A DNA stretch of 64,000 nucleotides from an uncultured Rhodobacterales bacterium (GTDB lineage Bacteria > Pseudomonadota > Alphaproteobacteria > Rhodobacterales > Rhodobacteraceae), in contig CAXBJO010000001.1 of the NCBI GenBank assembly GCA_963976255.1, positions 14,770 through 78,769 on the forward strand, given 5' to 3'. Positions 19,870-29,268 of this stretch are shown piece after piece. Every line of letters begins with the position of its first letter. Positions within the stretch are counted from its first letter, which is position 1. A program made the translations under genes and the position numbers. Below the pieces are notes generated by a model that was not told the DNA's origin, ran no database searches, and was given only the letters and a program-made list of their open reading frames with translations.

Positions 19870-20883
19870 ATGGAAGATCTATTGAACGCATTTCTGTTGA
19901 TGTCGAATTTTGTTTTCGTACCTGCCATCGCATATGGCTCGCAACTCGCACTGGGTGCGTTGGGTGTGACGTTGGTTTACGGCATCTTACGCTTTTCCAA
20001 CTTTGCCCACGGTGACACCATGGCGTTTGGCACAATGTGTGTCGTGTTGTTTACATGGTGGTTTCAATCGATGGGGCTCAATTTGGGACCATTGCCAACC
20101 GCGTTGCTGGCGCTGCCGTTTGGGATTTTGATCACCATTGGTTTCCTGTTGGGATCAGATCGTTTGATTTACCGGTTTTATCGTCGTCAAAAAGCGGCAC
20201 CAGTGATTTATTTGATCGCCTCTGTTGGCGTAATGTTTGTTTTGAACGGTGTCGTGCGGTTTATTATTGGACCAAATGACCAACAATTTGCTGACGGCGA
20301 GAGGTTCATTGTTAAAGCGCGTGTAATGAAACAATACCTTGGAACGGCCGAGGGTGTTTCGATTAAGGTGTCCCAAGGCTTGACCGTTGTCACCGCCGTG
20401 ATTGTTGTGGCCGCATTGTTTTGGTTCCTGAATAAAACCCGCACCGGTAAATCCATGCGCGCGTTTTCTGACAACGAGGATTTGGCGTTGTTGTCAGGTA
20501 TTAATCCAGACAAGGTTGTTGCCGTGACCTGGATATTGGTTGCCATTTTGGCGACGGTGGCGGGGACGTTGTACGGGTTGGATAAATCATTCAAGCCATT
20601 TACTTATTTCCAATTATTGTTGCCTATTTTCGCATCCGCGATTGTCGGTGGGTTGGGCAATCCATTGGGCGCGATTGCAGGTGGGTTTGTGATCGCGTTT
20701 TCTGAAATTATGATCACATATCCATATAAAAAGTTCGTAACCTATGTGGTGCCTGGTGATTGGCAGCCCGACAGCTTGGTTCAATTATTGGCCACAGATT
20801 ACAAATTCGCAGTCAGTTTTATTATTTTACTGTTGGTGTTGTTATTCAAACCTACGGGAATTTTTGCAGGGAAATCAGTCTAA
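19870..20883 (+). CDS. Branched-chain amino acid-type ABC transporter permease (LivH-like)
   Basis: Polytopic membrane protein of the LivH/LivM family with a GAGGA RBS. Confidence 0.88.
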   Translation: MEDLLNAFLLMSNFVFVPAIAYGSQLALGALGVTLVYGILRFSNFAHGDTMAFGTMCVVLFTWWFQSMGLNLGPLPTALLALPFGILITIGFLLGSDRLIYRFYRRQKAAPVIYLIASVGVMFVLNGVVRFIIGPNDQQFADGERFIVKARVMKQYLGTAEGVSIKVSQGLTVVTAVIVVAALFWFLNKTRTGKSMRAFSDNEDLALLSGINPDKVVAVTWILVAILATVAGTLYGLDKSFKPFTYFQLLLPIFASAIVGGLGNPLGAIAGGFVIAFSEIMITYPYKKFVTYVVPGDWQPDSLVQLLATDYKFAVSFIILLLVLLFKPTGIFAGKSV

Positions 20884-22190
20884 TGACCCTTAATCGTAAT
20901 GTAATTTATTTCGTAATTATGGCGGCGTTGTTGATCGGCGTCGGTCAGTTCCAAAGTTGGAACGTGGCCTTGTCGATTTTTAATCTGTGTTTGATCAGCG
21001 CCATCATGGCCTTGGGTGTGAATATCCAATGGGGCTATGCAGGTTTGTTTAATGTGGGGATCATGGGGTTTGCCGCGTTGGGTGGATTGGCCGCCGTTTT
21101 GGTTGCGATGCCACCGGTTGAGGGCGCATGGGCTGTTGGGGGTTGGGGCGCACTTGGTGGGATCGTATTGGCGATTATATCGGTGGCACTGGCCGTTTTC
21201 ACTTACAAACGCATGGCGGCGGGACGGGTGCGCGCCATTGCTGTCACCGCGATTTGTATCATTGGGTTTTTCGTGACCCGCGCCGTATTCGGCCCGGCGA
21301 CCCAAGCAATCGAAGGAGTGAACCCTGCGCTGTCTGGTTACCTTGGTGGATTGGGTTTGCCTATCGTTTTGGCATGGCCCGTGGGCGGATTGTTTGCAGG
21401 CATTGCGGCATATCTAATCGGTAAAATTACACTGGGCTTACGCTCTGATTATTTGGCGATTGCAACGTTGGGGATTTCGGAAATCATCATTGCGGTACTC
21501 AAGCAAGAGGATTGGATGACACGCGGTGTAAAAAATGTGATTGGCCTACCACGCCCTGTGCCATACGAGGTCAATTTGCAGACCGCACAGTGGTTTAACA
21601 ATCTTAGCACCACATTGGGCGCCGATCCCGTGACTTTCTCTTCTATTTTCGTAAAACTGAGCTATGCCGCACTGTTCTTAGCCGTGTTGTTGATCATTTT
21701 ATGGCTGTCAGAAACGGCCTTGAAATCTCCATGGGGGCGCATGATGCGCGCCATTCGTGACAATGAAATTTCGGCAAATGCGATGGGTAAAAATATCACC
21801 AAGCGTCACCTACAGGTGTTTGTATTGGGTTCGGTTGTAGTGGGCATCGCGGGTGCGATGTTGACCACGTTGGATGGACAATTGACGCCGTCTGCGTATC
21901 AACCATTGCGCTTTACCTTTCTGATTTGGATCATGGTGATCTTGGGCGGCTCGGGCAATAACTGGGGTGCTGTTTTGGGTGGTTTCGTTGTCTGGTTTTT
22001 CTGGGTCGAAGCTGAACCATTGGGTCTGTGGTTGATGGATGTTCTGACATCCGGCATGGCCGAAGACAACGCATTGCGCACGCACCTGTTGGGATCGGCG
22101 GCGCATATGCGGTTGATGACCATGGGGATTATTTTATTGTTGGTATTGCGGTTCAGCCCGCGTGGGTTGTTGCCGGAAAAGTCGGCATAA
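20883..22190 (+). CDS. Branched-chain amino acid-type ABC transporter permease (LivM-like)
   Basis: Polytopic membrane protein. Its ATG overlaps the previous stop (TAATG). The ORF-track start at 20760 lies inside the LivH-like gene. Confidence 0.85.
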   Translation: MTLNRNVIYFVIMAALLIGVGQFQSWNVALSIFNLCLISAIMALGVNIQWGYAGLFNVGIMGFAALGGLAAVLVAMPPVEGAWAVGGWGALGGIVLAIISVALAVFTYKRMAAGRVRAIAVTAICIIGFFVTRAVFGPATQAIEGVNPALSGYLGGLGLPIVLAWPVGGLFAGIAAYLIGKITLGLRSDYLAIATLGISEIIIAVLKQEDWMTRGVKNVIGLPRPVPYEVNLQTAQWFNNLSTTLGADPVTFSSIFVKLSYAALFLAVLLIILWLSETALKSPWGRMMRAIRDNEISANAMGKNITKRHLQVFVLGSVVVGIAGAMLTTLDGQLTPSAYQPLRFTFLIWIMVILGGSGNNWGAVLGGFVVWFFWVEAEPLGLWLMDVLTSGMAEDNALRTHLLGSAAHMRLMTMGIILLLVLRFSPRGLLPEKSA

Positions 22191-22204
22191 CTTAAACTTG
22201 CCCG

Positions 22205-25200
22205 CTATCCACCCGCCGCCAATAACGCCACGTTGCCGCCCGCCGCCGTGGTGTCGATGCAGACGTGACGTTCCAGAATGCATCGCCGCGCGATGTCTGT
22301 TCCGGTGATCAAGGGTAATAATGCGCCGGCGCGTTTTGCCAATGCCGCGCGCGCCAAACGTATTGCCGCGGTGTCCGACCAAAGGATTACACCTGCGAAT
22401 CCGGTCAAATCTGACAGGTCATTCAGATCCATTCCGACCGCAATACAGGGTTCGCTACCTGCAAGGCGTACCAACTCTGCCTGTTGCGCCGCTTGCTCAT
22501 CTGTTGCGCCTAAGCACAAAATCACACCTTTGGCGTAGGTGGACAGCACATTTAATTCACCGGTTGGCCCAGGCAGATTTTCGATTTCCAGAACGCGGCG
22601 TTCAGGATGGGGTGTGCCATCCAGTATTTTTTGAGCTTGCTTGCCGGTCAATGTCGGTGCGAGGTAGGGTACTTGCTCACCCTGTTCGACTTGAACAAAC
22701 AAGGACAGATAGTCAGGGCCGCCTGCCTTGGGGCCTGTGCCTGACAAGCCTTCACCACCGAAAGGTTGCGATCCAACAACGGCGCCGATTTGGTTGCGGT
22801 TCACGTAAATATTCCCGATGTTCAGCGTGTTACACAGGTCATGCACGCGTGCATCAATCCGCGAATGTACCCCAAATGTCAGGCCATATTTCGTCGCGTT
22901 AATGTCACTCACGATGCGCGGAATTTCGTCGGCTTTGAAGGTTGCAACGTGCAACACGGGGCCGAAAATTTCCTCTTTCATATCCGCAATCCCGTTGACA
23001 CGAATTGCCGTGGGGCGGATGAATTTTGCACCGTCGGGGACGTTTGATTGATGCAAGATGCGGTTTTCCGCACGTGCGGTGTCGATGTGGGATTGAATAC
23101 CTTGGGCGGCGACATCAGTGATTACGGGGCCTAGATCGACATTGGCGAGCCACGGTGTATCAGCTACCAATTCATCCATGGCACCGTACAACATTGTCAG
23201 GAATTTTTCTGCCACATCCGATTGTACGTATAACATCCGCAAGGCCGAACAACGTTGGCCTGCCGATTGAAACGAGCTGGCGACGATGTCGCGGATGGCC
23301 TGTTCGGGCAGGGCGGTGCTGTCGACGATCATTGCGTTTAAGCCGCCTGTTTCCGCGATCAAGGGCGCGGACGGGTTGCCCGACGCGGCCATCGCGCTAT
23401 TGATCCGTTTCGCGGTCGTGGTCGAGCCGGTGAAACACACACCGTCAATATTGGGGCTGGCTACCAATGTTGCGCCGATTTCGGCACCTGTTCCAATCAA
23501 TAATTGCAACGCGCTGTGTGGAACACCTGCGGCGTACATCAATTCAACGACGCGGGTGGCGATGATGGGTGTGGGTTCAGCGGGTTTGGCCAACACGGCA
23601 TTTCCCGTTGCCAAAGCGGCCGAAATTTGACCCGTGAAAATCGCCAGCGGGAAATTCCACGGCGAGATGCAGACGAATTTACCTTGGGGGGCGCGGGATG
23701 CAAAACTTGCAGATTGCGCCGCATAGTAGCGTAGGAAATCCACTGCCTCGCGGATTTCGGAAATGGCATCGTTTAATGTTTTGCCTGCTTCACGTGATAG
23801 AATTGCGAATAATTCGCCGAAGTTTTCTTCGTATAAATCCGCAATTTTATTCAACACCAGGGCGCGCTCCGCTTGTGGTGCATTCCATGGCTTCGCAGCC
23901 GCGATGGCGCGTTCAATATCCGTCACACTTGCGCGTTGCGCGGTGCCCAGAATATCTGTTTCATCAGCGGGGTTTATGATGCTATCGACGCCACCCGATG
24001 GTTTGCCTTTGGCCAATTGGGCGGTCACATTCCATGTTGTGGTATGGAATGCATTACGCGCCGCATCGATACGGGTCATTTCGGTGACGGAATTGATGTC
24101 AAAGCCCAGTGAATTTTTACGCTCTGGTTGATAAATATCGGCGGGTTTTGTGACCCACGTATCATCCGCCAACGCCGCGTTCCATGCGCTAAATGGATCA
24201 GCAACCACAGCGCGCGCAGGGGTTTCATCGTCCAAAATTTTGTTAACGAACGACGAGTTAGCACCGTTTTCCAACAGACGTCGCACCAAATAAGCCAGCA
24301 AATCATCATGTACACCGACGGGTGCGTAAATACGGCAACGGATGTCACGATCAACCATCACGTGATCATACAACGCGCCACCCATACCGTGCAGGCGTTG
24401 GAATTCAAAACGCTGATCCTTGGCCATATGCAAAATTGCATGCACTGAATGGGCGTTGTGCGTCGCGAACTGTGGGTAGATGCGATCCGCCATATTCAGC
24501 AATTTTCGTGCACAAGAAATATAAGAAATATCGGTACCGCATTTTTTGGTAAATACAGGAAAATCGGTCAGTGCTTCAACTTGTGCCAGCTTGATTTCGG
24601 TGTCCCAATAGGCCCCTTTGACCAAACGTACCATGATTTTGCGATCCAGTTGCCCTGATAATTCATACAGGTAATCCAAAACCGTACTGCATCGTTTGCC
24701 ATATGCCTGAACCACCACGCCAAATCCATCCCAACCGACCAAACGTGGATCGGCCAAAACATCCGCGATGATGTCCAATGACAGATCCAAACGATCGGCC
24801 TCTTCCGCGTCGATGTTGAGACCCATGTTTGCCTCGCACGCCAATAAAACCAAATCGCGCAGGCGTTTGACCAATACGTCCATGACCGCCGGTTTATGTG
24901 CCAATTCGAATCGTGGAAACAAGGCGGACAGTTTGATTGAAATACCAGGGTTATTGCGCACATGTTTGTTTGTGGAATGTTTGGCCAGATGGGCGATGGC
25001 GTCCGCATATGCCTTGGTAAAGACACGCGCGTCGGCGTCGGTAAGGGCGGCCTCGCCCAACATGTCGTATGAATATGTGTAGCCTTGGGTTTTGCGCTTC
25101 GCGCCGCGTTTTACCGCGTCTTGGATGGTTTCACCCAGCACGAATTGGTTTCCCATTTCCTTCATCGCGGCGCGGACTGCGCGGCGAATTACGGGTTCGC

Positions 25201-25654
25201 CCATACGTTTGACTAATCCCCGCATGGCGGAAAATACACCCGGCTCATCGGCTTCGTCCAAAACTTTGCCCGTTAACATCAATGCCCATGTGGATGCATT
25301 CACCAGATTGCTGTCAGATTTTCCAACGTGTTCCGCCCATCCGCGATCGGTCAATTTATCCTCGATCAGGTCATCCATGGTTTGTGCATCGGGGACACGC
25401 AACAATGCCTCGGCCAGACACATCAATGCGATACCTTCGGAATTTGACAGGCCGTATTCCGACAGAAAAACCTCCATCATGCCGGGATTTTTATCGCCAC
25501 GAATTTGTTCCACCAGCGCCGCCGCGTTGACCACAATCGTTTCACGATCGGCTTCAGACAGGGCAGCATATTTCGCCAGCTGTGCAATCAGCGGCACTTC
25601 GTCAGTTAAGTGAAGGTCACGCATTCTAGAACGGATTTGAGGCAACTGTGTCAT
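22205..25654 (-). CDS. putA: Bifunctional proline dehydrogenase / L-glutamate-gamma-semialdehyde dehydrogenase
   Basis: About 1150 aa, with a proline dehydrogenase barrel followed by an aldehyde dehydrogenase domain. GGAG lies 6 nt before the ATG at 25654; an alternative ATG lies at 25666. Confidence 0.93.
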   Translation of the reverse strand: MTQLPQIRSRMRDLHLTDEVPLIAQLAKYAALSEADRETIVVNAAALVEQIRGDKNPGMMEVFLSEYGLSNSEGIALMCLAEALLRVPDAQTMDDLIEDKLTDRGWAEHVGKSDSNLVNASTWALMLTGKVLDEADEPGVFSAMRGLVKRMGEPVIRRAVRAAMKEMGNQFVLGETIQDAVKRGAKRKTQGYTYSYDMLGEAALTDADARVFTKAYADAIAHLAKHSTNKHVRNNPGISIKLSALFPRFELAHKPAVMDVLVKRLRDLVLLACEANMGLNIDAEEADRLDLSLDIIADVLADPRLVGWDGFGVVVQAYGKRCSTVLDYLYELSGQLDRKIMVRLVKGAYWDTEIKLAQVEALTDFPVFTKKCGTDISYISCARKLLNMADRIYPQFATHNAHSVHAILHMAKDQRFEFQRLHGMGGALYDHVMVDRDIRCRIYAPVGVHDDLLAYLVRRLLENGANSSFVNKILDDETPARAVVADPFSAWNAALADDTWVTKPADIYQPERKNSLGFDINSVTEMTRIDAARNAFHTTTWNVTAQLAKGKPSGGVDSIINPADETDILGTAQRASVTDIERAIAAAKPWNAPQAERALVLNKIADLYEENFGELFAILSREAGKTLNDAISEIREAVDFLRYYAAQSASFASRAPQGKFVCISPWNFPLAIFTGQISAALATGNAVLAKPAEPTPIIATRVVELMYAAGVPHSALQLLIGTGAEIGATLVASPNIDGVCFTGSTTTAKRINSAMAASGNPSAPLIAETGGLNAMIVDSTALPEQAIRDIVASSFQSAGQRCSALRMLYVQSDVAEKFLTMLYGAMDELVADTPWLANVDLGPVITDVAAQGIQSHIDTARAENRILHQSNVPDGAKFIRPTAIRVNGIADMKEEIFGPVLHVATFKADEIPRIVSDINATKYGLTFGVHSRIDARVHDLCNTLNIGNIYVNRNQIGAVVGSQPFGGEGLSGTGPKAGGPDYLSLFVQVEQGEQVPYLAPTLTGKQAQKILDGTPHPERRVLEIENLPGPTGELNVLSTYAKGVILCLGATDEQAAQQAELVRLAGSEPCIAVGMDLNDLSDLTGFAGVILWSDTAAIRLARAALAKRAGALLPLITGTDIARRCILERHVCIDTTAAGGNVALLAAGG

Positions 25655-25699
25655 TGTAGACTCCATAGATTTTGAACAGATTAGCGCGAGTCGTCAAAA

Positions 25700-25768
25700 A
25701 GTATTACCTAATAATCAGTACAAAATATTCAGAAACAACTTTAGTATGGTGTCATAATAGGTAATACT
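25700..25768. promoter_or_regulatory. Pair of 11-nt inverted repeats in the putA-putR divergent intergenic region (candidate PutR/Lrp sites)
   Basis: AGTATTACCTA (25700-25710) and its exact reverse complement TAGGTAATACT (25758-25768), separated by 47 nt. Confidence 0.35.
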
Positions 25769-25795
25769 CCCACAAAATAGAGAAAGACAGTCAAA

Positions 25796-26230
25796 ATGGA
25801 TTCATTCGATATCAAGATCATCAAGATTTTGGAGCAAAACGGGCGTATTACAAATTCTGAACTGTCTGAACGTGTTGGCCTGTCCAAAACGCCCTGTCAG
25901 GTGCGGGTCAAAAACCTGATCGCGCAGGGGGTGATAAAGGGGTTTCGTGCGATCATTGATCATGATGCGCTGGATCGCAATCACATTGCATTCACCGAAG
26001 TGAAATTAAGCGATACGCGCGATGCAGCGTTGCGCGCGTTTAACAAGGCGGTCATGGATATTCGTGAAATCGAGCAATGCCATATGATCGCGGGGCAATT
26101 TGATTACCTGTTAAAGGTACGCACCAAAAATATTGACGCATATCGCGCCACCTTGGGCGAGAAAATTTCAAGTCTGCCATGCGTTGCGAATACATCCACC
26201 CACGTGGTTATGGAATCCGTCAAAGAATAG
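25796..26230 (+). CDS. Lrp/AsnC-family transcriptional regulator (PutR-like)
   Basis: 144 aa with N-terminal HTH (LDSFDIKIIKILEQNGRITNSELSERVGLSKTPC) and a C-terminal RAM domain. It is divergent from putA. Confidence 0.85.
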   Translation: MDSFDIKIIKILEQNGRITNSELSERVGLSKTPCQVRVKNLIAQGVIKGFRAIIDHDALDRNHIAFTEVKLSDTRDAALRAFNKAVMDIREIEQCHMIAGQFDYLLKVRTKNIDAYRATLGEKISSLPCVANTSTHVVMESVKE

Positions 26231-26268
26231 GCGTTGAAAGAATCGCCCAACAGGTTCAGGCTGACGTT

Positions 26269-27519
26269 ATGAAAACGACAGCCCAAGACATATTAGTTAT
26301 TGGCGCCGGCATTGTCGGCGTTTCCACTGCCTTGTGGTTGCAACGTGCGGGAATGAGCGTGACTTTGATTGACAAAGACGGTCCTGCGGCGGGCGCATCG
26401 CATGGAAACGCTGGCGTTTTGGCGGCGGGATCGATTGTCCCTGTCACCGTTCCGGGGTTGATGGCTAAAGCGCCGATTATGTTATTTAATCCCAACCTGC
26501 CATTGTTTTTACGCTGGCGCTACCTGCCAAAACTGATGCGGTTTTTGCCGCGCTATTTAAAAAACGCAAGGCATGCGAGGGTTGAACGCATTTCGGATGG
26601 GTTACATGTATTGTTGCACGACACATATGATCAGCACCGCGCATTGTCGGCAGACACCCCCGCCGCCAAATTCCTTACATCCCAAGATTACTTGTTTGGG
26701 TACGTAAATAAGGCCGCGTTCGATGCGGATAAATATGGGTGGGATTTACGCCGCGCACGAGGCGTCGCGCACAGCGAGTTGGATGCCGATGCATTGGCTG
26801 CATTTGATCCCGCATTAAAGGGTCGTTTTGGATACGGAGTGATTTGCCACCAACACGGCGCGATCAAAGATCCGGGCGAATACGTGCGTGCCTTGTTCGA
26901 CAGCTTTATCGACAATGGCGGTAAATTTTTTCAGCGCTCAGTCCAAGATTTTGAATTATTAAATGGTCGATGTGAATGCGTGATGACGGATCATGGGATG
27001 ATGAAGGCAGATCAATATGTCCTGACGACGGGTGCGTGGAGTTCCGCGTGGCAAACTGATCTAGGTGTCAGCGTTGCGATGGAATCCGAACGTGGATACC
27101 ACATTGAATTCATCAACCCGTCCATAAAATTGCGCGCGCCAATCATGGTGGCAGGGGGCAAGTTTGTGGTCAATTCTATGAACGGTCGGATGCGCTGTGC
27201 GGGTGTTATCGAATTTGGTGGGCTGGACGCAGGGCCGTCCAAAGCGCCCATTGATTTGTTAAAAAAACAAATGGCAGCCTTGTTTCCTGACATGACTTAT
27301 GATCGAGTAGTCGAGTGGATGGGTCATCGCCCCGCAACTGCCGATTCTTTGCCCGTCATTGGGCGGGCGCCTAAGGCGCAGAATGTTTTATTGGGGTATG
27401 GTCACCATCATGTGGGGCTGACGGGCGGCCCAAAAACGGGGCGTTGGTTATCGCACATTGCGACAGTCGCGCCGATGAATACCGATTTATCTGCATATGC
27501 TGCAGACCGAAAAAAATAA
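26269..27519 (+). CDS. FAD-dependent oxidoreductase, D-amino-acid dehydrogenase (DadA)-like
   Basis: DILVIGAGIVGVSTALWL dinucleotide fold, with GASHGNAG and a DAO-family layout. The internal ATG at 26269 avoids overlap with the Lrp gene. Confidence 0.82.
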   Translation: MKTTAQDILVIGAGIVGVSTALWLQRAGMSVTLIDKDGPAAGASHGNAGVLAAGSIVPVTVPGLMAKAPIMLFNPNLPLFLRWRYLPKLMRFLPRYLKNARHARVERISDGLHVLLHDTYDQHRALSADTPAAKFLTSQDYLFGYVNKAAFDADKYGWDLRRARGVAHSELDADALAAFDPALKGRFGYGVICHQHGAIKDPGEYVRALFDSFIDNGGKFFQRSVQDFELLNGRCECVMTDHGMMKADQYVLTTGAWSSAWQTDLGVSVAMESERGYHIEFINPSIKLRAPIMVAGGKFVVNSMNGRMRCAGVIEFGGLDAGPSKAPIDLLKKQMAALFPDMTYDRVVEWMGHRPATADSLPVIGRAPKAQNVLLGYGHHHVGLTGGPKTGRWLSHIATVAPMNTDLSAYAADRKK

Positions 27520-27533
27520 CTAGGGAGACTGAA

Positions 27534-28508
27534 ATGAAAAATATTAAAACACTATTAAACCTGACGGCGGCAGCCGTTGCATTTGGCGCTGTCGCAAATG
27601 CGCAATCGTGGGACATGCCGATGGCCTATGCTGCAACTAACTTTCATACCGAACAAGGCGTTATTTTTGCCGATAAAGTGAGAGAATACACAAACGGTAA
27701 GTTGGATATAACCGTACACGCAGGTGGTTCATTGTTTAAGGGCGGCGAAATCAAACGTGCAGTACAAACCGGCCAAGCACCCATTGGCGAACGGTTCATG
27801 TCAGCGCACGCAAACGAGGAACCAATTTTGGGCTGGGATAACCTGCCATTTTTGGCCACCACTTATGCAGACAATGAAAAATTGTGGGGCGTTGCCAAAG
27901 ACACCGTAAATGCCGCATTGGCAGACCAAAATTTGGTTGCATTATATACCTGCCCATGGCCCGGTCAGGGGTTCTATTTCAACAAACCTGTGAACAGCAG
28001 CAAAGATACCCAAGGTGTTAAATTCCGCTCGTATAACACAGCCACAGCGACATTTGCCGAAGAGTTGGGCATGATCCCCGTACAGGTTGAAGCGGCCGAA
28101 TTGAGCCAAGCCTTGGCCACTGGTGTCGCCGAGAGTTTTATCTCGTCTGGATCAACAGGGTATGATCGTAAAGTTTGGGAACAGCTGTCGCATTATTATA
28201 AAGTGAACGCATGGTTGCCACGCAATTATGTGATCGTGAACAAAGGCGTATGGGATGGTTTGGACGATGAAACCCGCGCCGCTGTTCAAAGAGCAGGTGA
28301 TGAAACTGCTGTTTCCTGTGCGGCGAAATCGGAAGAATTGTCGGACTTCTATTTTACCGAACTGGCGAAGAATGGCATGAGTGTCGAACCCGCAAGCCCT
28401 GAGTTTTTGGCAGAGCTGGAAGTAATTGGCGCGAAAATGACCGCTGATTGGTTGGCAACAACTGGTGCCGAAGGCCAAGCAATCGTCGACGCATTTAAAG
28501 CACAATAA
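27534..28508 (+). CDS. TRAP transporter substrate-binding protein (DctP family)
   Basis: Signal peptide MKNIKTLLNLTAAAVAFGAVANA, DctP-family sequence and a GGGAGA RBS at 27523-27528. Confidence 0.9.
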   Translation: MKNIKTLLNLTAAAVAFGAVANAQSWDMPMAYAATNFHTEQGVIFADKVREYTNGKLDITVHAGGSLFKGGEIKRAVQTGQAPIGERFMSAHANEEPILGWDNLPFLATTYADNEKLWGVAKDTVNAALADQNLVALYTCPWPGQGFYFNKPVNSSKDTQGVKFRSYNTATATFAEELGMIPVQVEAAELSQALATGVAESFISSGSTGYDRKVWEQLSHYYKVNAWLPRNYVIVNKGVWDGLDDETRAAVQRAGDETAVSCAAKSEELSDFYFTELAKNGMSVEPASPEFLAELEVIGAKMTADWLATTGAEGQAIVDAFKAQ

Positions 28509-28513
28509 TTGAT

Positions 28514-28539
28514 TGCGGCCCCACGTGGGGCCGCATTTT
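28514..28539 (+). terminator. Rho-independent terminator/attenuator-like hairpin after the DctP-family gene
   Basis: TGCGGCCCC-acgt-GGGGCCGCA forms a 9-bp perfect stem followed by TTTT. It begins 6 nt after the stop codon and ends 16 nt before the next ATG. Confidence 0.65.
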
Positions 28540-28554
28540 CAAGGGGGATAACTC

Positions 28555-29268
28555 ATGAATGATTGGGCAGCCTTTTTAGGCCTACCATTGTGGTTTTGGC
28601 TGTTTATTTTGCCGACAATATTGGCTGTAGGTGCGGCGGTATTTCGAAACCGCGCAGAGCCACTTTTGACACCAATCTGGCAACGCCTTGATCGCGTTTA
28701 CACTGCCTTTGGTGCATTGGCGGCCTGTTTCATGAGCGTTATCTTATTGATTATTATTGCCCAAATGGTCGCGCGGTGGTCCAATGTTGCCTTCCAAGGA
28801 TCGACAGAATTTGCTGGCTATGCCATGGCCGCCACATCGTTTTTCGCATTTGCATATGCCCTGAATAATGGCGCACATATACGTGTATCCATTCTGTTGA
28901 ATATCAATGATTTCACCCGTAAATGGGTGGACATTTGGGCGCTGTTTATCGCTTCCATCATCGCCACATATTTCGCGCGCTACGCCATCAAAACAAACGT
29001 TCTGTCGGAAATGTTGAACGATCGCACCCAAGGCCAAGACCAGGTGCCCGATTGGGTGTTGGCCGCTGTTTCCACTCTTGGCACATGGCCAACGGGATGG
29101 GGTGAATTGTGGGGTAGGGTAACGGGTGAGTGGGTTTTCACACCTGTTTGGTTGCCCCAATTGCCGATGTCCATTGGTACCGTTTTATTGGCTATTGCGC
29201 TGTGGGATAACCTGATCCGTCTGGTGGTCACAGGTCGCAGCCATATCGCATCGGAGACCCTGATATGA
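28555..29268 (+). CDS. TRAP transporter small permease (DctQ family), unusually long at 237 aa
   Basis: Hydrophobic helices, positioned between the DctP and DctM genes. It overlaps the DctM-family start by 4 nt. Confidence 0.8.
   Translation: MNDWAAFLGLPLWFWLFILPTILAVGAAVFRNRAEPLLTPIWQRLDRVYTAFGALAACFMSVILLIIIAQMVARWSNVAFQGSTEFAGYAMAATSFFAFAYALNNGAHIRVSILLNINDFTRKWVDIWALFIASIIATYFARYAIKTNVLSEMLNDRTQGQDQVPDWVLAAVSTLGTWPTGWGELWGRVTGEWVFTPVWLPQLPMSIGTVLLAIALWDNLIRLVVTGRSHIASETLI

Noticed and set aside
20760-20882. Long N-terminal extensions offered by the ORF track. Examples are 20760 for the LivM-like gene, 1056 for phnE, 2707 for HAD, 26179 for the FAD oxidoreductase, 27444 for the DctP-family gene, 33760 for the 2-hydroxyacid dehydrogenase, 43620 for the response regulator, 46070 for TAXI, 49651 for USP and 57387 for the SDR.
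   Set aside because: The extensions overlap the preceding gene in another frame and have non-protein-like composition. In each case an internal ATG sits at or next to the upstream stop codon (ATGA/TAATG coupling), follows a Shine-Dalgarno-like GGAG/GGGAG, or begins a signal peptide.
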